Counted from the whole stretch's first letter, positions 1 to 10,760 are shown. The stretch is DNA of 61,018 nucleotides, filler included, from 5 parts of 5 records of this genome joined end to end with filler, not necessarily neighbours in it, one strand, 5' to 3'. Notes: generated by a model not told the origin, from the letters alone. Numbers and translations: made by a program.

Positions 1-1
1 C

Positions 2-1318
2 AGCCATTCCGGTTTTCAGGAGCCGGACGGAGCGTATGGTTCGATCATTATCGAACCCAAAAAGCGAGAACCGTTCAAGTTCGACCGGGAGTATGTGGTT
101 GTCCTGAAAGACAAGCACCCGCATTCCGGCGCACGTATTTTGCGCAACCTCAAAATGATGCCCGATTATTATAATCGCAACCAACGCACCCTTGGCGATT
201 TCATCAGTGATGTCTCTGAAAATGGCTTCGGTGCGACGTTGTCGGAACGTGGTGACTGGGGCAGCATGCGCATGATGCCGACCGACATCGAAGATGTTCA
301 GGGATTTGTCGGTCTGATCAACGGAAAGTCACCAGAGCAGAACTGGACAGGCCTGTTCAAGGCCAATGAACGTGTGCGCCTGCGCTTCATCAATGCATCT
401 GCCATGACTTACTTCGACGTCCGCATTCCGGGACTTGAAATGACTGTTGTGCAGGCCGACGGCAACAACGTTCAACCGGTCAAGGTTGATGAATTCCGCA
501 TTTCGGTTGCAGAAACATACGACGTGATTGTTCAGCCGACAGCTGAAAAGCCGTATGCAATCATGGCCGAATCAATGGGACGCTCGGGTTATGCATTCGG
601 ATCGTTGTCGCCGCAAGAAGGGTTGAAAGCTGAAATGCCAGCCAGACGCATGGACGCTCCGTTGCTGACAATGGCGGACATGGGAATGGATCACGGTAGC
701 ATGGCCGGAATGGATCATTCTTCGATGGGCAGTGGTAACGAGAACGGTATGGCTGGAATGGACCATTCGAATATGGCCGGAATGGATCATTCTCAGATGG
801 GAATGTCCAAAGATGATCCCTTCTATGCCGCTGGAAGTGGTTTGACACCAAAAGCAGCCAATGGCGGAAAGTTCCTCTCCTATGCCGACCTGAAGGCACA
901 GAAGCCTTTGTACCCTGAACGGCCTGCAACGCGTGAAATTGAACTGCGCCTTACCGGAAACATGGAACGCTATACGTGGTCAATCAATGGCGTCAAATAT
1001 GAAGATGCAGAACCTATCCGCTTGAAATATGGCGAACGGGTGCGCTTCAAGTTCGTCAATGAGACCATGATGTCACACCCGATGCATTTGCACGGGATGT
1101 GGTCAATCCTCGATACTGGCAACGGTAAATGGGATCCGGTTAAACACACCATCAATATCAACCCTGGCATGACCGTTTATTCGGAAACCGAAGTTGATGC
1201 ACCTGGGCAATGGGCTTTCCACTGTCACCTTAGCTATCACATGGCTTCTGGCATGTTCCGAAAAGTGGTTGTAGAGGGCGGTCCAGCCGTCGCGGCACTT
1301 GAGAATGGAGTTCAATAA
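2..1318 (+). CDS. copA: Copper-resistance multicopper oxidase CopA/PcoA family (5'-truncated by window edge)
   Basis: Frame is open from base 2 (SHSGFQEPDGAYG). Contains Cu-binding motifs HPMHLHG and HCHLSYHM and Met/His-rich MAGMDHS repeats; followed by copB. Confidence 0.93.
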   Translation, partial: SHSGFQEPDGAYGSIIIEPKKREPFKFDREYVVVLKDKHPHSGARILRNLKMMPDYYNRNQRTLGDFISDVSENGFGATLSERGDWGSMRMMPTDIEDVQGFVGLINGKSPEQNWTGLFKANERVRLRFINASAMTYFDVRIPGLEMTVVQADGNNVQPVKVDEFRISVAETYDVIVQPTAEKPYAIMAESMGRSGYAFGSLSPQEGLKAEMPARRMDAPLLTMADMGMDHGSMAGMDHSSMGSGNENGMAGMDHSNMAGMDHSQMGMSKDDPFYAAGSGLTPKAANGGKFLSYADLKAQKPLYPERPATREIELRLTGNMERYTWSINGVKYEDAEPIRLKYGERVRFKFVNETMMSHPMHLHGMWSILDTGNGKWDPVKHTININPGMTVYSETEVDAPGQWAFHCHLSYHMASGMFRKVVVEGGPAVAALENGVQ

Positions 1319-1320
1319 CA

Positions 1321-2043
1321 ATGAAAACACTAACTTTGGCCGCGATTGGTGGTGGTGTTCTTTCCACGATCCTGTCCTTCTCGTTCACTGCCAAAGCAGA
1401 CAATCACATCTTTTATGGCATTCAAATGGAGCAGTTTGAATACCGCTCTGGTGACGAAGGGGAAAATCTTTTCGTTTGGGATGGTGATGCATTTGTTGGC
1501 ACCGATGAACTGAAGTTACGTTGGCAAGGCGAAGGCGAGCGTGATCTCAAAAACGACCTTTACGAAAACTTCGAGAACAGACTGGTCCTGCAAACACCAA
1601 TCAGCGACTTTTTCGATGCCAAAGCCGGTATTCGTCTGGATACGCCAAGCACAACAGATCGTTGGTATGGAACCGTTGGAATCATGGGGCTTGCTCCTCA
1701 ATGGTTTGAAGTCGACGCTGATCTGTTTGTCAGCGAGACCGGAGACGGCAGTGCGCGGCTTGATGTTGAGTATGAAGGCTTGCTGACCAATCGTTTAATC
1801 CTCACACCTTCGCTTGAGCTGAATGCTGCGTTCTCTGACGATCGCGAGATTGAGGTCGGACGCGGGTTTTCAAGCGCAGAGATCGGACTGCGGCTTAGCT
1901 ATGACCTCATCGACCGTGCCGTTGCACCGTATATCGGGGTTGCCTATGAGCGGAAACTCGGCAAAACCGCAGACTTTGCAAAAGATGACGGCGAAGATTA
2001 CGAGGCAACTTACCTCGTAACCGGTCTCCGCCTTCTTTTCTAA
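1321..2043 (+). CDS. copB: Copper resistance protein B (CopB/PcoB)
   Basis: Signal peptide, GLAPQWFEVDA and GLRLSY motifs, C-terminal Phe; directly after copA. Confidence 0.9.
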   Translation: MKTLTLAAIGGGVLSTILSFSFTAKADNHIFYGIQMEQFEYRSGDEGENLFVWDGDAFVGTDELKLRWQGEGERDLKNDLYENFENRLVLQTPISDFFDAKAGIRLDTPSTTDRWYGTVGIMGLAPQWFEVDADLFVSETGDGSARLDVEYEGLLTNRLILTPSLELNAAFSDDREIEVGRGFSSAEIGLRLSYDLIDRAVAPYIGVAYERKLGKTADFAKDDGEDYEATYLVTGLRLLF

Positions 2044-2052
2044 GCATCACAC

Positions 2053-2083
2053 GACAGGGAGGACTTTCCTCCCTGTCTGTTTT
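2053..2083 (+). terminator. Probable intrinsic terminator after copB
   Basis: GACAGGGAGGA-ctt-TCCTCCCTGTC stem followed by TGTTTT. Confidence 0.55.
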
Positions 2084-2112
2084 GCCGAACCTTCTCAAGG
2101 AACCTAACTACA

Positions 2113-3312
2113 ATGATGGAAATCGTCCACGATATGGGGCATCGCTTGACGCACTACATATCAAGCGATGCACACTGGTGGGTTCATCTTGTATTCCATT
2201 TGGTGGTGTTTGGGGTGCCGGTTGCGCTAATTATTATTCTCAGCGCGACGGGATACAGGGCTTTAAGACGCCGCAGATCTGTTCTTGCGCAACAGGCTCA
2301 AAAGCCCTCGGCAAAGAGCGGAACAGCGCTCCTGCAGTACATATTCAGAGCTTCATGGAAGCGGCAGATAAAACTGGGGCTACTGGCGACGGCCTCTTTG
2401 CCGGCTCTTTACATGAGCCTCGAGCTTCCGAAGTTGATCATCAACAACGCCATTGAGTCAGGACATTTTCCAGTTACCTATTTAGGAATGGAGTTCTCTC
2501 AAACGATGGCTTTACTTACTCTCTGTCTGCTTTTTTTATTGGCGATTGGCGTGCATGGCTGGCTGAAATATCAGGTTAATTTGCAATCCGGTGCGCTGGC
2601 AGAACACATGTCACGCCGCCTACGGCTTGATATTTCAAAATTCAGCTTTCGAAAGCCATCCCCCAAAGGAGGGGAATTGATTCCGGTTATTGTGCAGGAG
2701 GTAGAGCCCGTAGCTGGATATGCTGCAGAGTCGATTGTGCTGCCTTTGTTACAAGGCGGTACATTCCTGACGATTCTGACTTTCATGCTCGTGCAAGATT
2801 TGGTTTTGGGCATCGCCGCAACCGCACTGTTGCCGCTTCAGATTTTTGTCATCCCCAGATTCCAGAAGAAAATTAATGCTTTGTCTCGAACGCGGCTGAA
2901 GGAAGTCAGAGTTCTCGGCGAGAAGATAGGGAACATCTCAAACGATAACCAGCCAGGTGCCCGGGATATTTACGGGTCATACAAGCGACTTCACGACCTT
3001 CGTCTCTCTATCCACAAGAACAAGTTCGTCATGAAGTCTTTAAACAATTTCATATCACAGATGACGCCCTTCTTCTTTTACACAATTGGAGGGTATCTGG
3101 TGATAAAAGGCGATCTCACGCTCGGGGCTCTAATCGCAGTATTAACTGCATACAAAGACATGGGCGCTCCGCTAAAAGAGCTCTTTCGCTACTATCAGGC
3201 GCAAGCCGATGCTCACGTCAGATACTCCGAAATCAAACCTTACATCTCAAAGGAAATCAACAGTACGGACAACCGGCTTGCAGATGTAACGGTTCTGTCT
3301 GAAGTCGGTTAA
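2113..3312 (+). CDS. ABC transporter transmembrane-domain protein lacking a nucleotide-binding domain, with His-rich N-terminus
   Basis: ABC_membrane-type helices (PFFFYTIGGYLVIKGDLTLGALIA); no Walker A/B motif before the stop. Confidence 0.75.
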   Translation: MMEIVHDMGHRLTHYISSDAHWWVHLVFHLVVFGVPVALIIILSATGYRALRRRRSVLAQQAQKPSAKSGTALLQYIFRASWKRQIKLGLLATASLPALYMSLELPKLIINNAIESGHFPVTYLGMEFSQTMALLTLCLLFLLAIGVHGWLKYQVNLQSGALAEHMSRRLRLDISKFSFRKPSPKGGELIPVIVQEVEPVAGYAAESIVLPLLQGGTFLTILTFMLVQDLVLGIAATALLPLQIFVIPRFQKKINALSRTRLKEVRVLGEKIGNISNDNQPGARDIYGSYKRLHDLRLSIHKNKFVMKSLNNFISQMTPFFFYTIGGYLVIKGDLTLGALIAVLTAYKDMGAPLKELFRYYQAQADAHVRYSEIKPYISKEINSTDNRLADVTVLSEVG

Positions 3313-3401
3313 AAAAAACGTCCCCTTAATTGAGGTAGGTCAACGTAACTCGATATTTAAGGGCATAAGTGTTACGTTACTGCCCAAAGGAAGTTTGATC
3401 A

Positions 3402-3719
3402 ATGAATGCACAGCAAGCACTAATACGCGCCGTACTGATCCTGCTCGTCGGGATTAGCGCTATAATGCTTGCTCCCCATATTGCAGTCGCGTCGACTGGA
3501 TCTTTTCCTGCGCATTCTGCAGAACTCAATGGTTTTGACGTTGAACACCAGCATGACCTGGCTTCGTGCTGCCCTCAGGTTTCTTGTCACTCCACATCAG
3601 CGGTCCTTACCGAGATTATCCTACCGGTTTCCGAGTTTTCTCCTGTACAGAACGGGATAGAAGAAGTGTCCCTTCAGCCGGTATCTCGGTCATGGATTTT
3701 CCAGCCTCCCATATCCTGA
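3402..3719 (+). CDS. Small exported Cys/His protein (DUF2946/CopL/CutF-like)
   Basis: Signal-like N-terminus, HQHDLASCCPQVSCH, C-terminal FQPP; lies in the Cu cluster. Confidence 0.55.
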   Translation: MNAQQALIRAVLILLVGISAIMLAPHIAVASTGSFPAHSAELNGFDVEHQHDLASCCPQVSCHSTSAVLTEIILPVSEFSPVQNGIEEVSLQPVSRSWIFQPPIS

Positions 3720-3863
3720 TCCTCCCGAACAAATAGCGAATAACTGTTCTGGGTTCTGCACCTGCCGATGGCATGCGTACAGATCGAGCCTTGGTGTTCT
3801 GCACCATGCTGCTTTCAGACGGAACAGTCATACCTAAAGGTATTTATGGGATGGCGAAGAGAA

Positions 3864-4199
3864 ATGGAAAATATTCTCAGTTGGTTGCTTTGGGGAGCCT
3901 TCATCATATTGATGATGCGCTTTGGTTGCGGTGCTCACATGTTTGGGCACAAAAAGCACACCCACAATAAGAAACAAGCGGACGGTCAGGCTGAGGCAAT
4001 CCGATGGGAGCACCCTCAGTCCGCCGTTGACCCGGTTTGTCATAAAACTGTCGATCCGCGCATCGCCAAAACAGCCATTTATGGCGGTGAAGTATTCTAC
4101 TTCTGTTCAGACACCTGTCGTTCGAAATTTGAAGTGTCGCCAGATACCTATGTCGATGGCAGCGCAATTAGCCGACAAACTCACGTATCGCCAAGCTAG
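3864..4199 (+). CDS. YHS domain membrane protein
   Basis: N-terminal TM helix with MMRFGCGAHM, then DPVC...FYFCSDTC YHS motif; ATG 3864 chosen. Confidence 0.8.
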   Translation: MENILSWLLWGAFIILMMRFGCGAHMFGHKKHTHNKKQADGQAEAIRWEHPQSAVDPVCHKTVDPRIAKTAIYGGEVFYFCSDTCRSKFEVSPDTYVDGSAISRQTHVSPS

Positions 4200-4309
4200 T
4201 TCAGCGAAATCAATAGGCGGCAGCAACAGGACCAGGGTTGACTAGTTCCCTTGGTCTCACGTGTCTTCGAATATTTGATACATACGCATAAAACAAAGGC
4301 CCGAAGAAA

Positions 4310-4759
4310 ATGAAAAAACAAATCAATTGGCCAAAGTATTTGGTTATCGGTTTTTTCGCAGTAGGGATCATCGCCATGACCCTGAATTCGTTTCTGCCCG
4401 GGAAAGATGACATCAAAGATCTTGAACTGACCGATAGCGGAATTGCGCTCCCCAGTTTCAGCAAGGAAGCCATGGTAGGAAACCAGCTTTTCGATATGAA
4501 CTGTGTTGCTTGTCACGGAGGCAATGCAACAGGCACAGAGCAAGGCCCGCCGCTGATGCACAGAATCTACAATCCGGGACATCATTCAGATCGCGCATTC
4601 TATCTAGCTGTTCAAAACGGGGCAAAACAACATCACTGGCCCTTTGGCGATATGCCAGCCCAACCTCAGGTAAGTTCGGAACAGGTATCGCGGATCATTC
4701 GTTATATACGCGAGCTGCAGGAAGCAAACGGCATTATGTACCAACAACATCAAATGTGA
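4310..4759 (+). CDS. Cytochrome c
   Basis: CVACH heme motif, N-terminal anchor, HHWPFGDMP distal Met. Confidence 0.88.
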   Translation: MKKQINWPKYLVIGFFAVGIIAMTLNSFLPGKDDIKDLELTDSGIALPSFSKEAMVGNQLFDMNCVACHGGNATGTEQGPPLMHRIYNPGHHSDRAFYLAVQNGAKQHHWPFGDMPAQPQVSSEQVSRIIRYIRELQEANGIMYQQHQM

Positions 4760-4766
4760 GGCAGGG

Positions 4767-6104
4767 ATGGATCATCAATCAGAATACAAGAAAAACAGTA
4801 TCTCGCTCGTTGGCGCGATATCCATGGGCACCGGTGTTATGATCGGGGCAGGAATTTTTGCTTTAACGGGACAAATTGCCGAACTTGCAGGAAAGTGGTT
4901 CCCGTTGTCGTTCCTATTTGGCGCACTTGTCACTGCTTTTAGCGCATATACATATATAAAGATGTCAAATGCTTTCCCGTCCGCGGGTGGGATCGGAATG
5001 ATCCTTCAAAAAGCATACGGGTCAGGAGCCATAGCAGGTGGCGCAGCATTACTGATGGCCTTTTCGATGGTTATCAACGAGAGTTTGGTGGCAAGAACAT
5101 TCGGAACCTATGTCTTGCGCGCATTTGACTTGACAGAGCTTGAAGTTCTTATACCGGTCTTGGGTGTCTGCCTGATCATTTTTGCATACGCTGTCAACAG
5201 AGCTGGGAACAAATCGGTTGGTGTGTTTTCAATGGTCATGGCCACACTGAAGATCGGTGGAATTGCTTTGTTTGCAATTGCAGCTCTGTGGGCTGGTGGA
5301 TATTCGTTCGAGCCGTCATCAACTGACGGCGCGAGTTTTCCTCTAGCCGGTTTTGTAGCATCAATTGCTCTTTCAATTCTAGCCTTCAAAGGATTCACTA
5401 CGATCACGAATAGCGGCGCTGAAATCGTGAACCCTCACAAGAATGTTGGCCGTGCGATCACGTTCTCAATCCTGATTTGCGTTGTCGTATATATTCTCGT
5501 GGCGCTCGCTGTTGGCTCAAGTCTTGGCTTGGATGAACTGATAAAAGCCAAAGACTATGCCCTTGCCGAAGCCGCAGCGCCTGCATTGGGCCCTACCGGA
5601 TTTTATCTGACTGTGCTGCTCGCAGTCGTTGCGACGGCCTCCGGTTTACTTGCAAGCGTGTTTGCTGTCTCAAGAATGCTCGCGATGCTGACTGATATGG
5701 AGATGATCCCACACAGTCATTTTGGAATGTCCGGTTCAATCAAAGACCACACGCTTGTTTACACGGTTGTCGTGGCAGCGCTGTTGACAATCTTTTTTGA
5801 TTTAAGCCGGATCGCTTCACTTGGAGTGTTTTTCTATCTCGTCATGGATGTGCTCATCCACTGGGGATGTTTTAAGTATCTACGGCAGGAAATAGGTGCA
5901 CGCGGCTTTGTTATGATTACAGCGATTGTCTTTGACATCATCGTATTGCTCGTTTTCGCCGGCATGAAATTGCAAAGCGACCCATCCATTGTTCTCATTG
6001 CAACCTTGATGATTGTTGCTGTGTTCATTTTTGAACGTTGGTTCCTGTCAAACCGGATAAACCAATCGGCCAAGGCGCACAGTCACGATCACTCAGGACA
6101 TTGA
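4767..6104 (+). CDS. APC family permease
   Basis: GTGVMIGAGIF TM1 motif, about 12 TM segments, His-rich C-tail. Confidence 0.88.
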   Translation: MDHQSEYKKNSISLVGAISMGTGVMIGAGIFALTGQIAELAGKWFPLSFLFGALVTAFSAYTYIKMSNAFPSAGGIGMILQKAYGSGAIAGGAALLMAFSMVINESLVARTFGTYVLRAFDLTELEVLIPVLGVCLIIFAYAVNRAGNKSVGVFSMVMATLKIGGIALFAIAALWAGGYSFEPSSTDGASFPLAGFVASIALSILAFKGFTTITNSGAEIVNPHKNVGRAITFSILICVVVYILVALAVGSSLGLDELIKAKDYALAEAAAPALGPTGFYLTVLLAVVATASGLLASVFAVSRMLAMLTDMEMIPHSHFGMSGSIKDHTLVYTVVVAALLTIFFDLSRIASLGVFFYLVMDVLIHWGCFKYLRQEIGARGFVMITAIVFDIIVLLVFAGMKLQSDPSIVLIATLMIVAVFIFERWFLSNRINQSAKAHSHDHSGH

Positions 6105-6146
6105 TAAACCGCAGTGACATTGAGGCATAACAGCAGGAAGCAGACC

Positions 6147-8513
6147 ATGTCTGAGCATCATCATAAAAAGCACCAGCATAATCACAGAACGTCGGATCAA
6201 GCAGAACATGCAACCGATCCTGTTTGCAGCATGTCGGTCACGCTGGATTCCGATACACCACGCTCACCGTACGGCGATGAGACATATTACTTCTGTTCCC
6301 AGAAATGTAAGAGCAAGTTCGATAGCTCTCCTGAAAGCGTATTATCCGCAAAGGAAGAGACATCTGCTGCAAACAGCGCTTCGTCATCCGCTTCTCGCCG
6401 CTACACCTGCCCGATGCATCCGGAGATCATACGATCCGAACCTGGTTCCTGTCCGATCTGCGGAATGGCACTGGAACCGATGGATATACCAACAGAAAAT
6501 GAGGAACCAAACCCCGAGATTCAAGACTTCAAAAAGAGATTCTGGTTAGGCGCAGCTCTTACGGTGCCGCTGATTGTCCTAACGATGGGGCCCTTTGTTG
6601 GTTTGGGTTTCATCCGAGAAATGATTGGAGAACGCGTTACTCTTTGGGTTGAGTTAATTCTTGGAACGCCTGTCGTCCTGTGGTCTGGCTTCCCATTCAT
6701 GGTTCGTGGATGGAATTCTGTGGTGAACCGTTCTCTCAACATGTTCACATTGATCGGGATGGGTGTTAGCGCAGCTTATATATTTAGCGTCGTCGCAGTG
6801 ATTTCTCCTGACATTTTTCCTGATGGATTCAGAGATGCACAGGGACATGTCGGTGTGTACTTCGAAGCTGCAGCTGTCATCGTTGTACTTGTGCTTCTTG
6901 GCCAACTGTTGGAATTGGGGGCTCGGGAACGAACCGGTTCGGCAATCAAGGCGTTATTGGGTCTTGCTGCAAAAACAGCCCGCATTATTGAAGATGATGG
7001 TTCTGAACGGGAAGTTCCTCTTGAAGATGTGACCGTCGGAATGAGCTTGAGAGTTCGTCCAGGTGACAAGATACCTGTCGATGGCGTTGTCGTTGAAGGA
7101 CGATCGTCAGTTGATGAATCCATGATCTCGGGTGAACCCGTTCCAATTGAAAAGAATCCAGATGATGATGTAACCGGAGCAACAATCAACGGGAATGGCA
7201 GCCTGATTATCCAAGCCAAACGGGTTGGCAAAGATACTGTCTTGAGCCAAATCGTTGATATGGTCTCTAATGCTCAGCGAAGCAAAGCGCCAATCCAAAA
7301 GGTTGCAGACACGGTTGCAGGCAAGTTTGTGCCTGCTGTTATCCTGGTTGCTTTAGTTGCCTTCGTCGCTTGGGCCATCTGGGGACCAGATCCGTCATTG
7401 TCATACGGGCTTGTCGCAGCAGTCGCTGTTCTGATCATTGCGTGTCCTTGCGCTCTTGGTTTGGCAACACCAATGTCAATCATGACCGCTACCGGTCGTG
7501 GTGCGCAAATTGGTGTGCTCATTAAAAATGCAGAGGCCCTGGAGCGATTAGCGAAGGTCGATGTGCTCATCGTCGATAAAACCGGGACTTTGACAGAGGG
7601 TAAACCGAAACTAGCAGGTGTAATCGCTCAATCAGACTATCAGGAGGAGGAAGTTCTCTCTGTCGCTGCGGCGCTCGAAAAAGGATCCGAACATCCATTG
7701 GCTGACGCCATTGTTAGTGCTGCTCAGGAGCGCGGCTTGTCCCTTGATAAGGCAGAGGACTTTGAAGCTGTAACCGGTCAGGGCGTCACCGGAAAGGTGG
7801 ATGGCAAGTCGGTTGCCCTAGGTAATAGTAAACTCCTTCAGACTCTCAATATCGATCATTCTGCTGTTGATAAAACAGCAAATGATCGGCGAGATATGGG
7901 GGAGACGGTAATGCATGTCGTTATTGATGGAAGAATTGCCGGGCTCATTTCCGTAGCCGATCCGATCAAGGACACGACGTTGGAGGCTTTAAAGGCGCTC
8001 AAGAAGCAAGGCTTCAGAATCGTCATGGCAACCGGTGACAACCAACGAACAGCAAAATCCGTTGGCAATAAACTTTCCATTGACGAGATTCGGGCCGATG
8101 TCTCCCCAGAAGACAAAGCCAATTTAATTATGGAACTCAAGGCTGAAGGCCATCAGGTAGCCATGGCAGGTGATGGCGTCAACGACGCCCCTGCTCTTGC
8201 TCAGGCTGATGTCGGAATTGCGATGGGTACGGGCGCTGATGTTGCAATTGAAAGTGCTGGTTTCACCCTCGTCAAAGGTGACTTGAGCGGGATTGTTAGA
8301 GCCCGAGAACTCTCGGAAGCAACGATGCGCAATATCCGGCAAAACCTCTTCTTTGCGATGGTCTATAACGCAGCCGGTGTGCCTGTTGCTGCGGGTCTGC
8401 TCTATCCGTTCTTTGGCATTCTCATCTCACCAATGTTTGCAGCTGCAGCCATGAGCTTATCCTCGGTATCAGTCATTGCGAATGCACTGAGGTTACGTCG
8501 AGCAAGTTACTAG
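6147..8513 (+). CDS. Cu(I)/Ag(I)-translocating P1B-type ATPase with YHS and heavy-metal binding domains
   Basis: DPVC/YFCS YHS motif, YTCPMHP, CPC in [21 protein letters not shown] and MSLSS motifs. Confidence 0.95.
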   Translation: MSEHHHKKHQHNHRTSDQAEHATDPVCSMSVTLDSDTPRSPYGDETYYFCSQKCKSKFDSSPESVLSAKEETSAANSASSSASRRYTCPMHPEIIRSEPGSCPICGMALEPMDIPTENEEPNPEIQDFKKRFWLGAALTVPLIVLTMGPFVGLGFIREMIGERVTLWVELILGTPVVLWSGFPFMVRGWNSVVNRSLNMFTLIGMGVSAAYIFSVVAVISPDIFPDGFRDAQGHVGVYFEAAAVIVVLVLLGQLLELGARERTGSAIKALLGLAAKTARIIEDDGSEREVPLEDVTVGMSLRVRPGDKIPVDGVVVEGRSSVDESMISGEPVPIEKNPDDDVTGATINGNGSLIIQAKRVGKDTVLSQIVDMVSNAQRSKAPIQKVADTVAGKFVPAVILVALVAFVAWAIWGPDPSLSYGLVAAVAVLIIACPCALGLATPMSIMTATGRGAQIGVLIKNAEALERLAKVDVLIVDKTGTLTEGKPKLAGVIAQSDYQEEEVLSVAAALEKGSEHPLADAIVSAAQERGLSLDKAEDFEAVTGQGVTGKVDGKSVALGNSKLLQTLNIDHSAVDKTANDRRDMGETVMHVVIDGRIAGLISVADPIKDTTLEALKALKKQGFRIVMATGDNQRTAKSVGNKLSIDEIRADVSPEDKANLIMELKAEGHQVAMAGDGVNDAPALAQADVGIAMGTGADVAIESAGFTLVKGDLSGIVRARELSEATMRNIRQNLFFAMVYNAAGVPVAAGLLYPFFGILISPMFAAAAMSLSSVSVIANALRLRRASY

Positions 8514-8532
8514 CATCCCAATATTGACTGAT

Positions 8533-8596
8533 TGGGCGAGGGGTGAACCAGACAAGGCTGACTTTAATACAGGACAGTTCACCCCTCGCCCATTTT
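8533..8596 (+). repeat. Perfect 16-bp inverted repeat with 28-nt loop downstream of the ATPase (possible terminator)
   Basis: TGGGCGAGGGGTGAAC (8533-8548) and GTTCACCCCTCGCCCA (8577-8592), followed by TTTT. Confidence 0.6.
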
Positions 8597-8845
8597 AAAT
8601 GACATACCATCCAGCACTCAGAACTTTAAATCTCTTCTGATCCGTTCCCAAAATTCATCTGTCGACTTTTTACACTTGGTAGCCAGAAATCTATTTTCAT
8701 CGAATTAGTGTTGATGCACTTATCTTCTAACCACCTATATAATTTGACTGAACAGTTTTTGTGTGAACAAAAATAATAATATATTTGTATTTACTCTTTT
8801 AAATCAAAGCTCTGAATAATAACAAACTATATTAAATGTAATATA

Positions 8846-10012
8846 AACAATGACGGATGCGCGATCGCGCGTAGCGACGAGGCGAAAGCGCTGGGAATCA
8901 AAATGGGCCAACCTTTGTTCGAGATCCGCGACCTGGTACGTCGGCATAATGTGATCGTCAAATCGAGCAACTATGCATTGTACGGCGATATCAGCCGTAG
9001 AGTGATGACACTGGTTGCGAGTGAGGTGCCTGACAGCGCGATTTACTCGATTGATGAAATATTCATCGACCTCGACAATATGTCGATTAATCACGATCAA
9101 TGGGCGCGTGATTTAAAGGCGAAGATCCTGCGTGAAACAGGCATACCGGTAGGTATTGGCATATCCACGACAAAAACGCTGGCGAAGATCGCGAACCGCT
9201 TGGCAAAGAAATCATTCAAAGCTGATGGCGTACTGATGCTGAAGGATCAGAAGTGGATTGATCTCGCCCTCGAACGAACCGAAGCAGGCGATGTCTGGGG
9301 CGTGGGCCGAAAATTCGCCCAAAAGCTCGCCAGCATCGGAATTACCACTGCCCTTCAGCTCCGCGACATACCGGATCAGGCAGCACGACAAATGATGACA
9401 GTGGGTGGCTTGAAAACCGTGCGGGAGTTGCGCGGCATATGCTGCTCGGATCTCGATGACAGCCCGGCACAGCGGGAAACTGTGTGCGTGTCCCGATCAT
9501 TTAGCAAAGAAATTGACGACAGGGAAATGTTGAAAGAGGCGCTTTTGTCTTTTGCCGGTCGGGCCTGCGCAAAACTGCGTCGTCTGGAACTGGTGGCGTG
9601 CCGGCTTCAGCTTTTTATTCTGAGCAACCGCTTCAGAAGTGATCGACCACAATTCTCGAAAGGGTGCGAGTTGACATTAACCCCCGCAAGCAACGACACC
9701 CGGCAGATCTGCAAGCATGTCGGCGAGAATATTGGTCGGATATGGCAAAACGGCCTTCAGATAAAAAAGGCGGGGATTTTGCTGCTGGATCTGTGTCGGC
9801 CGGAAGATGCGCCCAGAGATTTGTTTTCAGGTTCATGCAGAACGGAAAACCCTCTCATGCAGGCACTCGACCAGTTGGAAGTCCGGTTTGGCAAGGAAAC
9901 AGTCATGACCGGGCGATTAGCCAGGAGAAGCGGCCCGGACTGGTTCATGACGACAGATAACAGATCCCCGAACTATACGACGCGATGGCAGGACATTCCG
10001 ACAGTTCGATAG
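8846..10012 (+). pseudogene. umuC: Y-family DNA polymerase V catalytic subunit UmuC/RumB, 5'-truncated
   Basis: In-frame NNDGCAIARSDEAKALGIKMGQP starts at 8846. SSNYALYGDIS, YSIDE and C-terminal SPNYTTRW are present. The N-terminal catalytic D-x-N-x-F-Y segment is absent and replaced by AT-rich DNA. Confidence 0.85.
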
Positions 10013-10109
10013 CCTTCAAGAAAAGGGGCACCTAATGTAAACCCCTTTTCTATCTTACCATAGCCAAGATTAAAATGATTAGGGAGTGCTTCGAAAATAA
10101 CCGAAAGAT

Positions 10110-10760
10110 CTAGGCTCCCTCCTGCCCCCCCATCTTCTTCTTCAGCTCATCAACAAATCGCTTTGCCCAAGGCGCACCACTCATCACGACATCCGGATCT
10201 AGTGCTCCAAGCAATTTAAAGGAATGCTGCCCCTTGCCATATTGAGACTTAGTTCTGCAATCTTTAGTAGCCTCAGAGAGAGATTGGAACACCTGCGCCT
10301 TCCTCACTTTTTCCGATGGATTCTGAACTGAGGGCAGCTTGCCTGCCTTGAAATCCTGACCGAAGAAGTCCTTCAAGCATTTTCGATCCACCAAAAACCA
10401 GCTTTCCATACATTGGGTCATCAAGTGGCAATCAGTGTCCTTCACACCGTCTGGCTTGTCCCATCCGTCCCCTTCGCGAAGCTTCAAATGTTTCCAAGGC
10501 TGCCAAGTATCCGGATTCCCTGCCTCATGTTGAGGTGATACTTCAGTTTCACTGTCTACAAGCAGAACGGCATCTTCACCGTTTGAGACCGCCGTACAGT
10601 AGGACTCATAAGCATTCTGACGACCACCACAGGCAACTATGCGAGGTTTTTTTCCATCAAAACCTGCTTTACTAAGAAAGTTTGAGAAACTTTGGCGACA
10701 TTCGGCTTTTAGCGCTGAGACGTCGCCTCCCCCCTCTACATATAACTTTACAGTTACCAC
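10110..10760 (-). CDS. DUF4276-like (TOPRIM/RloB-like) putative nuclease
   Basis: LYVEGGGD, LLVDSE and MESWFL motifs; overlaps the stop of the upstream ATPase. Confidence 0.75.
   Translation of the reverse strand: MVTVKLYVEGGGDVSALKAECRQSFSNFLSKAGFDGKKPRIVACGGRQNAYESYCTAVSNGEDAVLLVDSETEVSPQHEAGNPDTWQPWKHLKLREGDGWDKPDGVKDTDCHLMTQCMESWFLVDRKCLKDFFGQDFKAGKLPSVQNPSEKVRKAQVFQSLSEATKDCRTKSQYGKGQHSFKLLGALDPDVVMSGAPWAKRFVDELKKKMGGQEGA

Noticed and set aside
670-805. Repeated ATGGCCGGAATGGATCAT-like units
   Set aside because: They encode the ordinary Met/His-rich MAGMDHS copper-binding linker of CopA and are not an array.
3342-3378. AACGTAAC-N21-GTTACGTT inverted repeat as a metal-regulator operator
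   Set aside because: It is short with a long spacer and does not match a CueR/CsoR/CopR box I can support.
8903-10012. Intact 369-aa UmuC as given by the ORF track
   Set aside because: Met 8903 is an internal conserved residue, and the N-terminal catalytic Asp motif is missing.
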